Assembly: GCF_000009705.1 (NCBI RefSeq)
Contig: NC_003272.1
Location: 780,001 to 812,000 of the forward strand
Reading direction: 5' to 3'
Length of the DNA stretch: 32,000 nucleotides
Origin: Nostoc sp. PCC 7120 = FACHB-418
Lineage (GTDB): Bacteria > Cyanobacteriota > Cyanobacteriia > Cyanobacteriales > Nostocaceae
A program made the position numbers and the translations under genes. A model generated the notes under the pieces. It did not search any database. It was given only the letters and a program-made list of their open reading frames with translations, and had not been told where the DNA came from. Shown piece by piece: positions 1 to 8,973 of the stretch; within the stretch, counting starts at the first letter, position 1, and every line of letters begins with the position of its first letter.

Positions 1-402
1 ATCTCTTTCTTTTTGGCTTTGGCTCACGGATTTATGATGATACAAAAGAGAAATTTTGATTTTTTTGACTTCAAGACATTTGTGATTTACATCCAGGGAA
101 TTAGCATTTTCACGATTTTTACAATTCTCGCTGTTACTTCTAATGATTGGAGTGTCAAAAAGCTTAAATCTAACTGGAAACAATTACATAAACTCACTTA
201 TTTAGCCATGTTTATTCTAACCTGGCATATCTGGGATAAGATGTCTGGGCATTGGACATATTTAACTCCTATTAGTATTGTGATCATTGCCGGAATCACT
301 GTTCTATTTATGCTGAGAATGTGGATGGAACACCAAGTGAAAAGAAAGAAATTTGATGCAAAGATAAATCCAGAAAGGTTGCCAGATAATGTCACTAGAT
401 AA
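1..402 (+). CDS. Membrane protein, C-terminal part; ferric-reductase/MsrQ(YedZ)-like heme-binding TM domain (ORF open at window edge)
   Basis: Frame 1 is open from nt 1 (ISFFLALAHG...), so the M at 13 is probably internal. Several hydrophobic helices are present. WKQLHKLTYLAMFILTWH resembles the W-x-x-LH-x-x-Y...H region of YedZ/ferric-reductase TM proteins. The family call rests on motif memory only. Confidence 0.4.
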   Translation: MSFFLALAHGFMMIQKRNFDFFDFKTFVIYIQGISIFTIFTILAVTSNDWSVKKLKSNWKQLHKLTYLAMFILTWHIWDKMSGHWTYLTPISIVIIAGITVLFMLRMWMEHQVKRKKFDAKINPERLPDNVTR

Positions 403-446
403 CGTCAATATTAGTCAAGTATATTGTGAAATGAGAGAGCCTATCG

Positions 447-1547
447 ATGCCATTAAAACTAATTTCCAAGAAAAGTACAGCAGCGTTGGCAATTAGCACC
501 ACAGTAGCCTTGTTTGGAATCAGTTTGTCTAGATTAAAGTTGCCATTTGAGACGTTTACACATAACGTTACATCTGTCCCCATAATTCAACCCGATCGCA
601 CCATCAAAGACCATTCAGCGTGGATTTATGCGATCGCCATTACTCCCGATGGTAAGACTCTAGTCAATGGCAACTACGATGGCACGATTAAAACTTGGAA
701 TCTGCATACTGGCAAATTACTCCACACTTTTAAAAGTCATACTGATGCCGTGTCATCCCTAGCTATGAGTGTTGATGGTCGTATCCTGGTTAGTGGTAGT
801 TGGGATAACCGGATTAAGCTCTGGAATCTGGAAACAAATACTTTAATCAGTACCCTTGATGGACATAAGGACGATGTACAGACAGTTGCTATCAGCCCCA
901 ACGGCAAGTTAGTCGCCAGTGGTAGTGCCGACAACACGATTAAGCTTTGGAATCTGGATACCCACAAACAACTCTTGACACTCCAGAATGCAGACTGGGC
1001 GAGGTCTATTGCTTTTAGCCCCGATAATCAGACCTTAGTTAGCGGTAGTACCAACGGCTCAATCAAAATTTGGCAGTTAACTACCCCCCGTCCAATACCT
1101 CTCTATACCATCATCGGGCATTCTCAAGCCGTCAGGTCTGTTGTCATTAGTCCAGATGGACAAACCCTAGCTAGTGGTAGTGTCGATCAAACCATTAAAC
1201 TTTGGAGTTGGCGCGATCGCAATCTCTTACGCACACTCACAGGACATTCTGGAGCAGTGTGGTCTGTAGCCTTCAGTCCCAACGGTCAAACCTTAGCCAG
1301 TGGTAGTAACGACAGAACAATCAAACGGTGGGATATAGCTACAGGTCAACTCATAGATAACTTTGTCGGGCATACCAACCCCGTTTGGTCAGTTACCTTC
1401 AGTCCAGATGGGCAGACCCTAGCTAGTGGTAGTGGAGATCAAACCATCAAACTTTGGTCTATTAAGAGTGACACAAGTTCTCAAACTCATACTCAAAGTA
1501 ATACTCTTTCCCAGACCAAATCCAAATATCTGAAGCAAATACGATGA
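447..1547 (+). CDS. WD40-repeat protein with N-terminal hydrophobic anchor
   Basis: Seven tandem about 42-aa units each end in TIK(T/L/I/R)W(N/Q/S/D), with the GH...SGS.D spacing typical of a WD40 beta-propeller. The N-terminus (TAALAISTTVALFGISL) is hydrophobic. Confidence 0.9.
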   Translation: MPLKLISKKSTAALAISTTVALFGISLSRLKLPFETFTHNVTSVPIIQPDRTIKDHSAWIYAIAITPDGKTLVNGNYDGTIKTWNLHTGKLLHTFKSHTDAVSSLAMSVDGRILVSGSWDNRIKLWNLETNTLISTLDGHKDDVQTVAISPNGKLVASGSADNTIKLWNLDTHKQLLTLQNADWARSIAFSPDNQTLVSGSTNGSIKIWQLTTPRPIPLYTIIGHSQAVRSVVISPDGQTLASGSVDQTIKLWSWRDRNLLRTLTGHSGAVWSVAFSPNGQTLASGSNDRTIKRWDIATGQLIDNFVGHTNPVWSVTFSPDGQTLASGSGDQTIKLWSIKSDTSSQTHTQSNTLSQTKSKYLKQIR

Positions 1548-1916
1548 TGAAATATAGCCAAAAATATTTAATCGCAAATCACACATTTAATAGTGGTCGA
1601 TGGACGTTGAAACTAAATGGAAGAAGCCCGCCACTATCAATCCAAAATTGTTGAGAGTGTCCTATTTAATGTTAATTTAAAAAACGCTCTCATTTCTTCT
1701 TCCCTTTCACCTGTTACCTGTCACTTATTACCTATGTTTTTGCAGGAGCAAAAAAAATCATAAAAGTTATGAAAAGGATCAATCTCAAGTTGTAGATCAA
1801 TGTATATCTACAAAAGTGAAATTTAACCACCTAAGTAGATAAAGTTCCCTCTTTCAATTCAGTTGAACTTAATTTTCCCCACAATCAAGCAACAAAAAAA
1901 AGTACAAAGGATTTTT

Positions 1917-3218
1917 ATGCCAGATCAAGTTATCAATTGGAACAATGTATACTTGCAAACAATCCGGTCAAATGGTGGCGCTCCTACATGGATCTCCCGT
2001 ACAGGTGCAATATTACATTCTGCAATCTATGACGCGGTTAATTCCATTGAGAAAAAATACAACCCTTATTTAGAAATCATCCCGGCCAATCCTGGTGCTT
2101 CCCCAGAAGCTGCGGCAATTTACGCTGCATATACTGTCTTAACTAGTGACATCGTTTATCCTAATGCGAATTTTCCCAAATCCAAAGCTAAAAATAATAG
2201 CTTTTTTGAGACAGAACGCGACAAAGCCATTGAAGAACTAGTAAGCAGTGGTGTATCGGTACAAAGCATCGGAGATGGTAAGGAACTGGGGATCGCAGCA
2301 GCTCAAGCAATCCTGCAAAATCGCCAAGCAGACGGGTATAACGACAACACCCCTTATACTCCTGGTAATCAGCCTGGTGATTGGCGACCAACAGGTTCTA
2401 GCGCGCCAGTTACCCCCAATTGGGGCAAAGTGAAAACTTTCTCAAAAGCACCAATAAAGCAATTCCGTCCGACTCGACCAGCTGGGTTCAAGACAAAAAA
2501 GGCTCTGCTTGCCAGCCTCGAATACGCTGCTCAAGTCAATGAAGTCAAACGCCTTGGTGCTGATAACTCCACTGAACGCACCCAAGAACAAACTGATATT
2601 GCTCTTTTCTGGGCAAACGATCTGGATGGGACTTATAAGCCACCAGGACACTTGTTCAGCATCACCCAGATTGTCTCTAAATTGAAGGGACTGAGCTTTT
2701 ATGAGAATGCTCGACTGTTTGCCCTAGTAGGTTTAGGTTTAGGGGATGCCGGAATCTTAGCTTGGGATGCCAAATATAACACCGATTTAGACTTGTGGAG
2801 ACCAGAAAGTGCCATTCAATTGGCACATACAGATGGAAACCCTGGAACAGTCGCCGACCCAACTTGGAGACCTCTATCACCCAATCCTGATGGCACTCGT
2901 TTTTCACCTCCGTTCCCAGCCTATATCTCTGGTCACGCAACTTTCGGAGCGATCCATGCTGGCATCCTACGCAACTTCTTCGGCACAGACAATGTGACTT
3001 TCACAGCCACATCTGAAGATCCATCTGCTAGAGGAGCTAATGGCATCAGGGTCACACGCACATTCAATAGCTTCTCCGCAGCAGCTTTAGAAAATGGCCG
3101 CAGCCGTGTTTATCTCGGTGTGCATTATCAATGGGATGCAGATGCAGCTTATGTCTCTGGCACAAAATTGGCAGATTTTGTATCGGAAAACTTATTGACA
3201 CCATCGGTGAGATGTTAA
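1917..3218 (+). CDS. PAP2-superfamily protein, vanadium-dependent haloperoxidase / acid phosphatase-like
   Basis: PAP2 signature motifs occur in order: LWRPESAI (K/R-x6-RP-like), YISGHATFG (PSGH), SRVYLGVHYQWD (SR-x5-H-x3-D). The ORF track starts at a TTG at 1863; the first ATG (MPDQVINW) at 1917 is preferred. Confidence 0.8.
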   Translation: MPDQVINWNNVYLQTIRSNGGAPTWISRTGAILHSAIYDAVNSIEKKYNPYLEIIPANPGASPEAAAIYAAYTVLTSDIVYPNANFPKSKAKNNSFFETERDKAIEELVSSGVSVQSIGDGKELGIAAAQAILQNRQADGYNDNTPYTPGNQPGDWRPTGSSAPVTPNWGKVKTFSKAPIKQFRPTRPAGFKTKKALLASLEYAAQVNEVKRLGADNSTERTQEQTDIALFWANDLDGTYKPPGHLFSITQIVSKLKGLSFYENARLFALVGLGLGDAGILAWDAKYNTDLDLWRPESAIQLAHTDGNPGTVADPTWRPLSPNPDGTRFSPPFPAYISGHATFGAIHAGILRNFFGTDNVTFTATSEDPSARGANGIRVTRTFNSFSAAALENGRSRVYLGVHYQWDADAAYVSGTKLADFVSENLLTPSVRC

Positions 3219-3289
3219 GACAATCTTACTTTTGTTAATTAGAAATTATGCTGGCAATTTGGGAAAAGCAGAGGTATGAACTTAACTAT

Positions 3290-3708
3290 TCAAAAATCCA
3301 AAGCAGAGATAGCGTTCTGCTTCTCAGTTACACCCAGATAACGCTCCAACGCTGCCAACATCCGATGCCCTGATATCTTTTGTATGTGGCGCAAAGGTAT
3401 CCCGGCATCTTTCATCCTGATTAACGCAGCCCCCTTGAACCTGTGCGTACTTACCCCCTCAATCCCCAACCGCGCACAGGTATCTCTCTCGGTTTTTATC
3501 AGCACTCTCCTTATAGATATGCGCCCCACAGACTACTATTTAAGTTGACAATCTCATCGCGGCGCAAGTCAGTATTCAGTATCCGTATCCCGGTTGTACC
3601 CCTTGCGGTTATTTTGTGCGATAAGTATAACGGCATGGCTAACGAACGCTTACTACTCCTACCCAAAACTATCAAATTATTTGATTTTGGTGAGGGATGC
3701 GATCGCAC
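3290..3708 (-). pseudogene. Tyrosine recombinase (phage-type integrase) remnant, frameshifted and N-terminally truncated
   Basis: Two minus-strand ORFs in different frames carry consecutive integrase catalytic-domain blocks. ORF 3511-3708 has TTGIRILNTDLRRDEI (box I, TG-I/L-R-I...L...DI). ORF 3290-3529 has STHRFKGAALIRMKDAGIPLRHIQKISGHRMLAALERYLGV (box II H-x-x-R-like, GH, catalytic Y). No intact N-terminal half is present. Confidence 0.6.
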
Positions 3709-3819
3709 TTGTTGGTATTTTGAAGGCGATACCTCCGGTGGGCTACGCCTACGCTTTTAGTAAATATTATGGTTATGATAGAGACAGCAATCGCTTGTTG
3801 TGGTGGTTTTTTGTAATCG

Positions 3820-4233
3820 CTACTGTCCTTCAATTTCTTCTACAATCAACCCACCTGATTCTAATAATTGCACAGCTTCAGCCTTGGACATTTTAGCAGT
3901 GGCGATGAGGTCTGACCCTCTACCCAAACCTTGAAATACTCTAATAATTTTACCTTTCTCATCTTTTATAGTGACAAGGAAACTTTTCGTTGTAGTCATT
4001 ACCTTGCCTGCTTCTATAATTTTGACTCCTTTACTTCTTGTCTGAACTACAAAGACCTGCCCTTCTTCTATAACGTCTGTGTGAACAATATCATCAGCAG
4101 CTTTTGAGTTATTCAGTGCATAACTTGCTTGATGACAATCTGAAGACTGGGCGGTAGGAGTTTTTACAAATAAAATACCAATCAGAACAATTACACTTGC
4201 AAGTGGCAGTACGTAGAGCTTTGAAAGTTTCAT
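3820..4233 (-). CDS. Hypothetical secreted protein (signal peptide)
   Basis: 137-aa ORF with a signal-peptide-like N-terminus (MKLSKLYVLPLASVIVLIGILFVKTPTAQS). No recognisable family. Confidence 0.55.
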   Translation of the reverse strand: MKLSKLYVLPLASVIVLIGILFVKTPTAQSSDCHQASYALNNSKAADDIVHTDVIEEGQVFVVQTRSKGVKIIEAGKVMTTTKSFLVTIKDEKGKIIRVFQGLGRGSDLIATAKMSKAEAVQLLESGGLIVEEIEGQ

Positions 4234-4390
4234 GTTCTTTGTTTACTTGGAGAGTTGTTATTGTATTGTAGTTTAGGGCAAGCACATCGTAGCAACAGCA
4301 CTCAGCAATTCTCAACCATGAAATATTAATGAGCTAATGACTAACTAAATCATAACTAGCCATTAGCCACTCATTAATTAACAGCACACT

Positions 4391-4429
4391 CTCCGCGTAC
4401 CTCCGCGCTGACCTCCGCGCCCCTCTGCG
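4391..4429. repeat. GC-rich dispersed repeat (CTCCGCG/ACCTCCGCG units), inverted copy of 20489-20527
   Basis: The reverse complement of ctccgcgtacctccgcgctgacctccgcgcccctctgcg matches cagaggggcgctgaggtaggcgcggaggggcgcggag at 20489-20527 at roughly 32 of 37 positions. A partial third copy lies at about 22928-22946. Confidence 0.7.
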
Positions 4430-4436
4430 TTTAAAC

Positions 4437-5537
4437 TTAAGCAGTCCGAAAACGCGCCAACTCCTCGCCTGTCTTCGCATCATGGGCGTGGACAGTACAC
4501 ACCAGACAAGAGTCAAACGATCGCGCAACGTGTCCCACTTCCACAGGATCTCTAGAATCTTCAATAGGAGTCCCGATTAAAGCTTCCTCAATAGGGCCGC
4601 GTACCCCTTCACTATCACGGGGGCCGACGTTCCAAGTAGTCGCAGCAATCACCTGATAATTCTTAATCTTGCCACCTTCTATATCTATCCAGTGACACAA
4701 AGAACCCCGTGAGGCTTCCGTTGCACCCCAACCACGTCCGTCTTTTTCTTTGGGTTTGATATACCAAGGATCATTTAAGACAAACTCACGCAGACATCTT
4801 TCTGCTTGGCGATATAACTTGACAATTTCGTGAACTCGTGCAAGTTGACGCAAATGAATACTAGCACCACCCATTTTTTGGAAAGCATCCAAGATAAAAC
4901 CGTCGTAATGTTGCCAAGATTCGCCATGCTGACCACCTGCAACTAGCTGGCGGGCTAGGGGGCCGACTTCCAAGCGTCCGAAGTCTTGGTGTAGTACGGC
5001 TGTTGACCAAGAGTAGGCATTTTTGAAGTCTTTAGTATTTTTCTGGGTGGGTTTGGTGGTACGGTCAAAGGGGTGAACATCTGCGTTACCTTCATCATAC
5101 CAGGCGTGGGTGGTATTCTCACGGGCGAAGGTGTGATCCATCAAAGTGTGTGTATTCTCGAAGCTGTCATACACACCACTTTTCATAATCATGGCGGCGT
5201 TGCGTCCTTCGATGGTGGGCTTTTGGTATTTATCTTCATGGGGTAGGTATCCCCAGGAGACGTATTTACCCACACCAGCCCCGTATCTATCCAAACCGAT
5301 ATCTAAACCCATACGCCAATAGAAACCCAAGTCTGACTCACGATGCTTGATGTCTGCTTCTAACCAGTCCATGAAGTCATCGTAAGTTTGAATTTCTTCG
5401 TAGCGTTCCAAAGAACAACCCAACCACACAGGTTCTAACCAGTTGGTGCGGAAGTATTCGAGAATTGCCCAAGCGCGGGTAATGTCGGTTAAGGTGGGGG
5501 CGCACATCACACCACCAGGCACCATATAACTGCTGTG
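4437..5537 (-). CDS. hupL: Uptake [NiFe]-hydrogenase large subunit HupL, 3' segment (interrupted gene; includes one 16-bp core)
   Basis: The ORF begins MVPGGVMCAPTL... and ends with the C-terminal Ni-ligand motif DSCLVCTVH followed by a short tail (AHDAKTGEELARFRTA) of the kind removed by the maturation protease. It continues the reading frame of segment 14957-15467 across the repeat. Confidence 0.95.
   Translation of the reverse strand, partial: HSSYMVPGGVMCAPTLTDITRAWAILEYFRTNWLEPVWLGCSLERYEEIQTYDDFMDWLEADIKHRESDLGFYWRMGLDIGLDRYGAGVGKYVSWGYLPHEDKYQKPTIEGRNAAMIMKSGVYDSFENTHTLMDHTFARENTTHAWYDEGNADVHPFDRTTKPTQKNTKDFKNAYSWSTAVLHQDFGRLEVGPLARQLVAGGQHGESWQHYDGFILDAFQKMGGASIHLRQLARVHEIVKLYRQAERCLREFVLNDPWYIKPKEKDGRGWGATEASRGSLCHWIDIEGGKIKNYQVIAATTWNVGPRDSEGVRGPIEEALIGTPIEDSRDPVEVGHVARSFDSCLVCTVHAHDAKTGEELARFRTA
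5522..5537. repeat. 16-bp recombination core (left copy) CCATATAACTGCTGTG
   Basis: Identical to 14957-14972 in direct orientation. The reverse complement CAC AGC AGT TAT ATG G encodes HSSYM of HupL. Confidence 0.95.
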
Positions 5538-5555
5538 GCAACTGGTGATATATTG

Positions 5556-5578
5556 AAAATGTTACTGAGTAACGTTTT
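5556..5578. promoter_or_regulatory. Near-perfect 23-bp palindrome between recombination core and xisC start
   Basis: aaaatGTTACtgaGTAACgtttt, with only two asymmetric positions. It lies 19 bp from the core and 75 bp upstream of the xisC ATG. Function is unknown. Confidence 0.35.
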
Positions 5579-5652
5579 AGTAAGGCAATTTTGCTCGGTA
5601 AGAACATTTTATTTTCACCATTTCAGTTTATAAATAAGGGAATATTTAGGGA

Positions 5653-7149
5653 ATGAGCGGACAAAATCAGGGGAATTGCGAGGAGACATATTCCACATCT
5701 ACACATGAATATGCAAATGCAGACTCAACCGACTGGTTCGCAGATATGTTTGCAGATTTTGAGCCGCAGAACACCACAGACGGCAGCTATAGGGGAACAA
5801 TGGCGAAAATAAAAGCAACGGAATTACAGTATCAAGCAGTTTTTGAACAGAAGTTAGTCGAAGCCAATACTAATTTAAAAAGGGAGAGAATAAGAGTTAG
5901 CATTAAACAGACTGGTAATTCTCTCCAATTACGAGCTACCCTACCCTTAAAACCAGGGGATGGTAGTTTAGGTAAGACAAAAAAACAGTATGATTTGTCT
6001 CTAGGGATACCAGCAAATTTAGAAGGACTGAAAACTGCAATTGAAGAAAGTTACGAGTTGGGTAAATTAATCGCTCGTCATACTTTCGAGTGGAATGAGA
6101 AGTATTTAGGAATTAAATCTAGAGAGAAGCAAGAAATAAAAACTATTGGGGAATTATTAGATAAATTTGAGGAAAAATATTATCAAACCCGTCAGAAAAC
6201 TATAACCAGTCAAAATACTTTTCCTAACTATATATCTGTAATTAAAAGAAACTTTCCTCTCACCCATTTAGCCACAAAAGAAAATTTTGAGGAAATTATT
6301 AATTCAGTTCAGGGGAATAAAAAAAATGAACTAATTGCCGTAACTTCTGTTTTTATTAAAACCTTTAATTTAGGATTTCAACTCGATGTTAAACGTGATA
6401 ATGTCACCCCTGCTCATCGAGAAATACCTGAAGATGACAAAATAATATATTCTTTTGACCTCTTTGAAAAATTCGCCCTCAATCGCAAAAATACAAATAT
6501 TAGTGATGAAATCGACACCTGGGAAATGTGGCGTTGGGTATATGGAATGTTGGCGACATTTGGGTTAAGACCAAGGGAACTATTTGTACAACCAGATATT
6601 AATTGGTGGATGTCTCCCCAAAATCTAGACCATACTTGGAAAGTCAATAAAAATACAAAAACTGGATATCGAGAAGTTATTCCTTTTGTTCCTGAATGGA
6701 TAGAATTATTTGATTTAAAAAATCCCAAACCATTAAAGATTTTAGAAAAAAAGGTGACAAAAATTGCATCTGTACAAAATATTAATTGGATGCGGAGAGA
6801 TATATCCAGATGGTTTAGAAAAGTGGGAATTGAGTTTCAACCCTACGATTTGCGTCATGCTTGTGCAATTCGAGCGCATCTTCAAGGAATACCTATTAAA
6901 GCAGCAGCAGATAATTTAGGTCATACTGTTGATGAACATACAAAAACCTATCAAAGATGGTTTGGTATTGAAAATAGGAAAAAAGCCTTTGGTGAGGTAA
7001 TTAGTCAAAAGTCATTAATTGAGTTGCAGAAGAATGAAATATTGGCGTTACGGATGGAGAATGAAAGGTTAAGGTTGGAGGTGGAAAAGTTGAAATTTTC
7101 GACAACTAAAAATCCAGAGGACTGTGAACAGCTTTACCATCAAGGTTAA
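5653..7149 (+). CDS. xisC: Site-specific recombinase XisC (XisA/XisC family, divergent tyrosine recombinase)
   Basis: The 498-aa ORF lies at the element border. It contains the [14 protein letters not shown]...[43 protein letters not shown] block that I recognise as conserved with XisA. C-terminal catalytic residues are present ([26 protein letters not shown]). Confidence 0.9.
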   Translation: MSGQNQGNCEETYSTSTHEYANADSTDWFADMFADFEPQNTTDGSYRGTMAKIKATELQYQAVFEQKLVEANTNLKRERIRVSIKQTGNSLQLRATLPLKPGDGSLGKTKKQYDLSLGIPANLEGLKTAIEESYELGKLIARHTFEWNEKYLGIKSREKQEIKTIGELLDKFEEKYYQTRQKTITSQNTFPNYISVIKRNFPLTHLATKENFEEIINSVQGNKKNELIAVTSVFIKTFNLGFQLDVKRDNVTPAHREIPEDDKIIYSFDLFEKFALNRKNTNISDEIDTWEMWRWVYGMLATFGLRPRELFVQPDINWWMSPQNLDHTWKVNKNTKTGYREVIPFVPEWIELFDLKNPKPLKILEKKVTKIASVQNINWMRRDISRWFRKVGIEFQPYDLRHACAIRAHLQGIPIKAAADNLGHTVDEHTKTYQRWFGIENRKKAFGEVISQKSLIELQKNEILALRMENERLRLEVEKLKFSTTKNPEDCEQLYHQG

Positions 7150-7252
7150 GAATGTGCGTATAAATCATGGTGATTTTGACATCCTTGTGTCCGAGTAATT
7201 CCTGAAAAGTGCGAATGTCATAAGAATTTTGCAGTAAATGGGTAGCTCGCAT
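7106..7252 (-). pseudogene. Remnant of the 3' end of an integron-integrase/XerD-like tyrosine recombinase gene
   Basis: Manual minus-strand translation gives [48 protein letters not shown]. This matches the ATHLL-x-x-GYDIRTVQELLGH-x-DV-x-TTMIYTHVL-x-x-GG-x-GV-x-SPLD C-terminus typical of IntI-type integrases. A stop lies 6 codons upstream of the M, so only about 45 codons survive. The last 44 nt overlap the xisC 3' end in antisense. Confidence 0.6.
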
Positions 7253-7329
7253 CTTGCACCTGTTCCATCAATTTTTTTGGGCGTGTTCCATAATAAAAAC
7301 ATCCTGAAAATTCTGTCTAATCTCCTAAT

Positions 7330-8319
7330 ATGGAATATATTTCATCAGCTTTGCGTTTGGAATTTCGTGAATTCTGTGTCGAGCTAGTTCTGCGTCAGAT
7401 TGATGATATGTTCCAAATGGCTGGTATTCAACCAGGCCAACCTGAGCGTGTTGTTAGTGGTGCGAGACGTTCACGTGTTGAGGAATACTATGCATCTATA
7501 GACTGGACTAACTTAACGGATACTCAAAAATTCTTAAAAGTTATAGGATTGGTGTTATCGCAATCCTATATTTCTGATGAGAGAAAAGAGTTTATACGAA
7601 ATATATGTATAAAAGAAGGCTTGATTGTTGAGGGGGAACAAATCCAACTGCCGCAAATAACATCTCCTAATGAACCTGATGATTTATTTATGCATCAATT
7701 TCCTGGGGGACTTCCTTTTGGATTGGTGAAACCTGAGTTTGCTGTAACTGCCAAAGAAGGCAAGCAATCACTGAAATTTGAATTGAAGTCTGGCATAGGT
7801 ATTATTTGGCGGGGTGTATATCCAAATTTTGATTTTCCAACTTTTCAAACTGCTTGTGGAATTAACTCGGAAACAAACCTAGCACTAAAAAAAGCTCTTC
7901 TTGCCATGAATCAAACTGAATCTGAAAAAATATTTTTTCAGTCATATGCCAAACATTTCGGCATGGCGGATAATCATATACCAATGTTAATTCCACAAGC
8001 CTGGATACAATGGCATTCGTCATCAAAAAAGGTTTTGCAAGCTTCAGGAAGTTCACTAGCAAAAGAACTGTATCGTGTAGATTTTGTCGCATTTTGGAAT
8101 AATCATAGATATGCGATATTGATTGACGACATTAGCCATTACGCGATAAAGCATGGTAATCAGTGGATAGCTGATGAGGAAACCTACTCAAAACGCCTAG
8201 AGGAAGATCGAAAATTACAAGTAGAGGGATGGAATATTTTTAGAGTGAGTAATTGGGAGGTCAGGCAGAATAAAGTGAGTGAAATAGTTATTGACTTACA
8301 AAAGTTCATTGGATTTTAA
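7330..8319 (+). CDS. Hypothetical protein with C-terminal Vsr/DUF559-like (restriction-endonuclease-fold) domain
   Basis: 329-aa ORF. The C-terminal block YRVDFVAFWNNHRYAILIDDISHY...EEDRKLQVEGWNIFRVSNWEV follows the DUF559/Vsr-like pattern (RVDF..., hydrophobic-I-(D/E)-x-D-x-x-H, DR-x-L-x-x-x-GW-x-x-x-R-x-x-x-x-E). The N-terminal about 230 aa are unassigned. Confidence 0.55.
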   Translation: MEYISSALRLEFREFCVELVLRQIDDMFQMAGIQPGQPERVVSGARRSRVEEYYASIDWTNLTDTQKFLKVIGLVLSQSYISDERKEFIRNICIKEGLIVEGEQIQLPQITSPNEPDDLFMHQFPGGLPFGLVKPEFAVTAKEGKQSLKFELKSGIGIIWRGVYPNFDFPTFQTACGINSETNLALKKALLAMNQTESEKIFFQSYAKHFGMADNHIPMLIPQAWIQWHSSSKKVLQASGSSLAKELYRVDFVAFWNNHRYAILIDDISHYAIKHGNQWIADEETYSKRLEEDRKLQVEGWNIFRVSNWEVRQNKVSEIVIDLQKFIGF

Positions 8320-8523
8320 GTGCGATGCCTGCGGCGGGCGTAGCCATTGCCTATCTTGTCGGGTGCTTACTCCGCCGATAAATTCATGGGAACACACCAA
8401 GATTGTAGACTTTAAGCAAGCGATCGCAGTCTAGAGGTGTTAGATTTGCCGTTAAACATATTTGAGTGCGATCGCTCAATTTCCATTATCTTGTGCTTCC
8501 GTAACTACTATTAACTGCGATCC
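8319..8523. repeat. Cassette-terminal repeat, copy A (HIP1-rich, hairpin-forming)
   Basis: It starts on the last base of the 7330-8319 stop codon. It aligns with 9346-9552 over its full length, and with 10343-10453 except for a roughly 50-bp internal block. The core is AGCGATCGCAGTC-N36-GAGTGCGATCGCT. Confidence 0.85.
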
Positions 8524-8637
8524 CTATCAAGTAGAGAATCTTAGCTTAGATTATCAAGGGATTGAAATAGGATCACGTTAATATAGTTTAATGTAATATG
8601 AAGAGAATGTTTTAATAAATTAACTCGTATTTTACCT

Positions 8638-8973
8638 TTGATAATTCATATTTTACGAGAACCTGCAACACCTAGCCAAATCAACGAGATGCTTCAAGCT
8701 AATCGTTTCTATATTAAAACAGCCGTAGATATACGTCATCAAATTTTGGCAGGTGGAGGTGAAATGCACTCGGACTGCGAAACAATTTTACTGGAGAATG
8801 GAAGTCAACAGCAGGATATTTGGGGCGCGAGTTGGAATCCTATTTCTCAAGAAATTTTCTATGAATCAATGGTAAATCTCCGACCACGTCAAAATAGAGC
8901 GATGGAAATTTTAGATCCAGCGATTCGGGAAGAGGTCAAACAAATCATCCACAAGTTATTAGGAGGCGTATGA
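8638..8973 (+). CDS. DUF5674-like small protein
   Basis: 111-aa ORF with a TTG start and no in-frame ATG. MIIHILREPATPSQINEML...AVDIRHQILAGGGEMHSDCE...DIWGASW matches my memory of the DUF5674 consensus. It overlaps the next ORF by ATGA. Confidence 0.55.
   Translation: MIIHILREPATPSQINEMLQANRFYIKTAVDIRHQILAGGGEMHSDCETILLENGSQQQDIWGASWNPISQEIFYESMVNLRPRQNRAMEILDPAIREEVKQIIHKLLGGV

Noticed and set aside
3220-3820. tRNA gene expected next to the integrase relic as an integration target
   Set aside because: No T-arm (GGTTCGAATCC-like) or cloverleaf-compatible sequence is visible here or elsewhere in the window. No tRNA or rRNA genes are called.
3443-3896. Plus-strand ORFs 3443-3760 and 3594-3896
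   Set aside because: They overlap the minus-strand integrase relic and repeat-containing non-coding DNA. No family resemblance was found, so they are treated as chance ORFs.
4334-5607. Minus-strand ORFs 4334-4564 and 5377-5607 overlapping hupL out of frame
   Set aside because: They are alternative frames of the hupL 3' segment and its flanks. The hupL frame has unambiguous family motifs.
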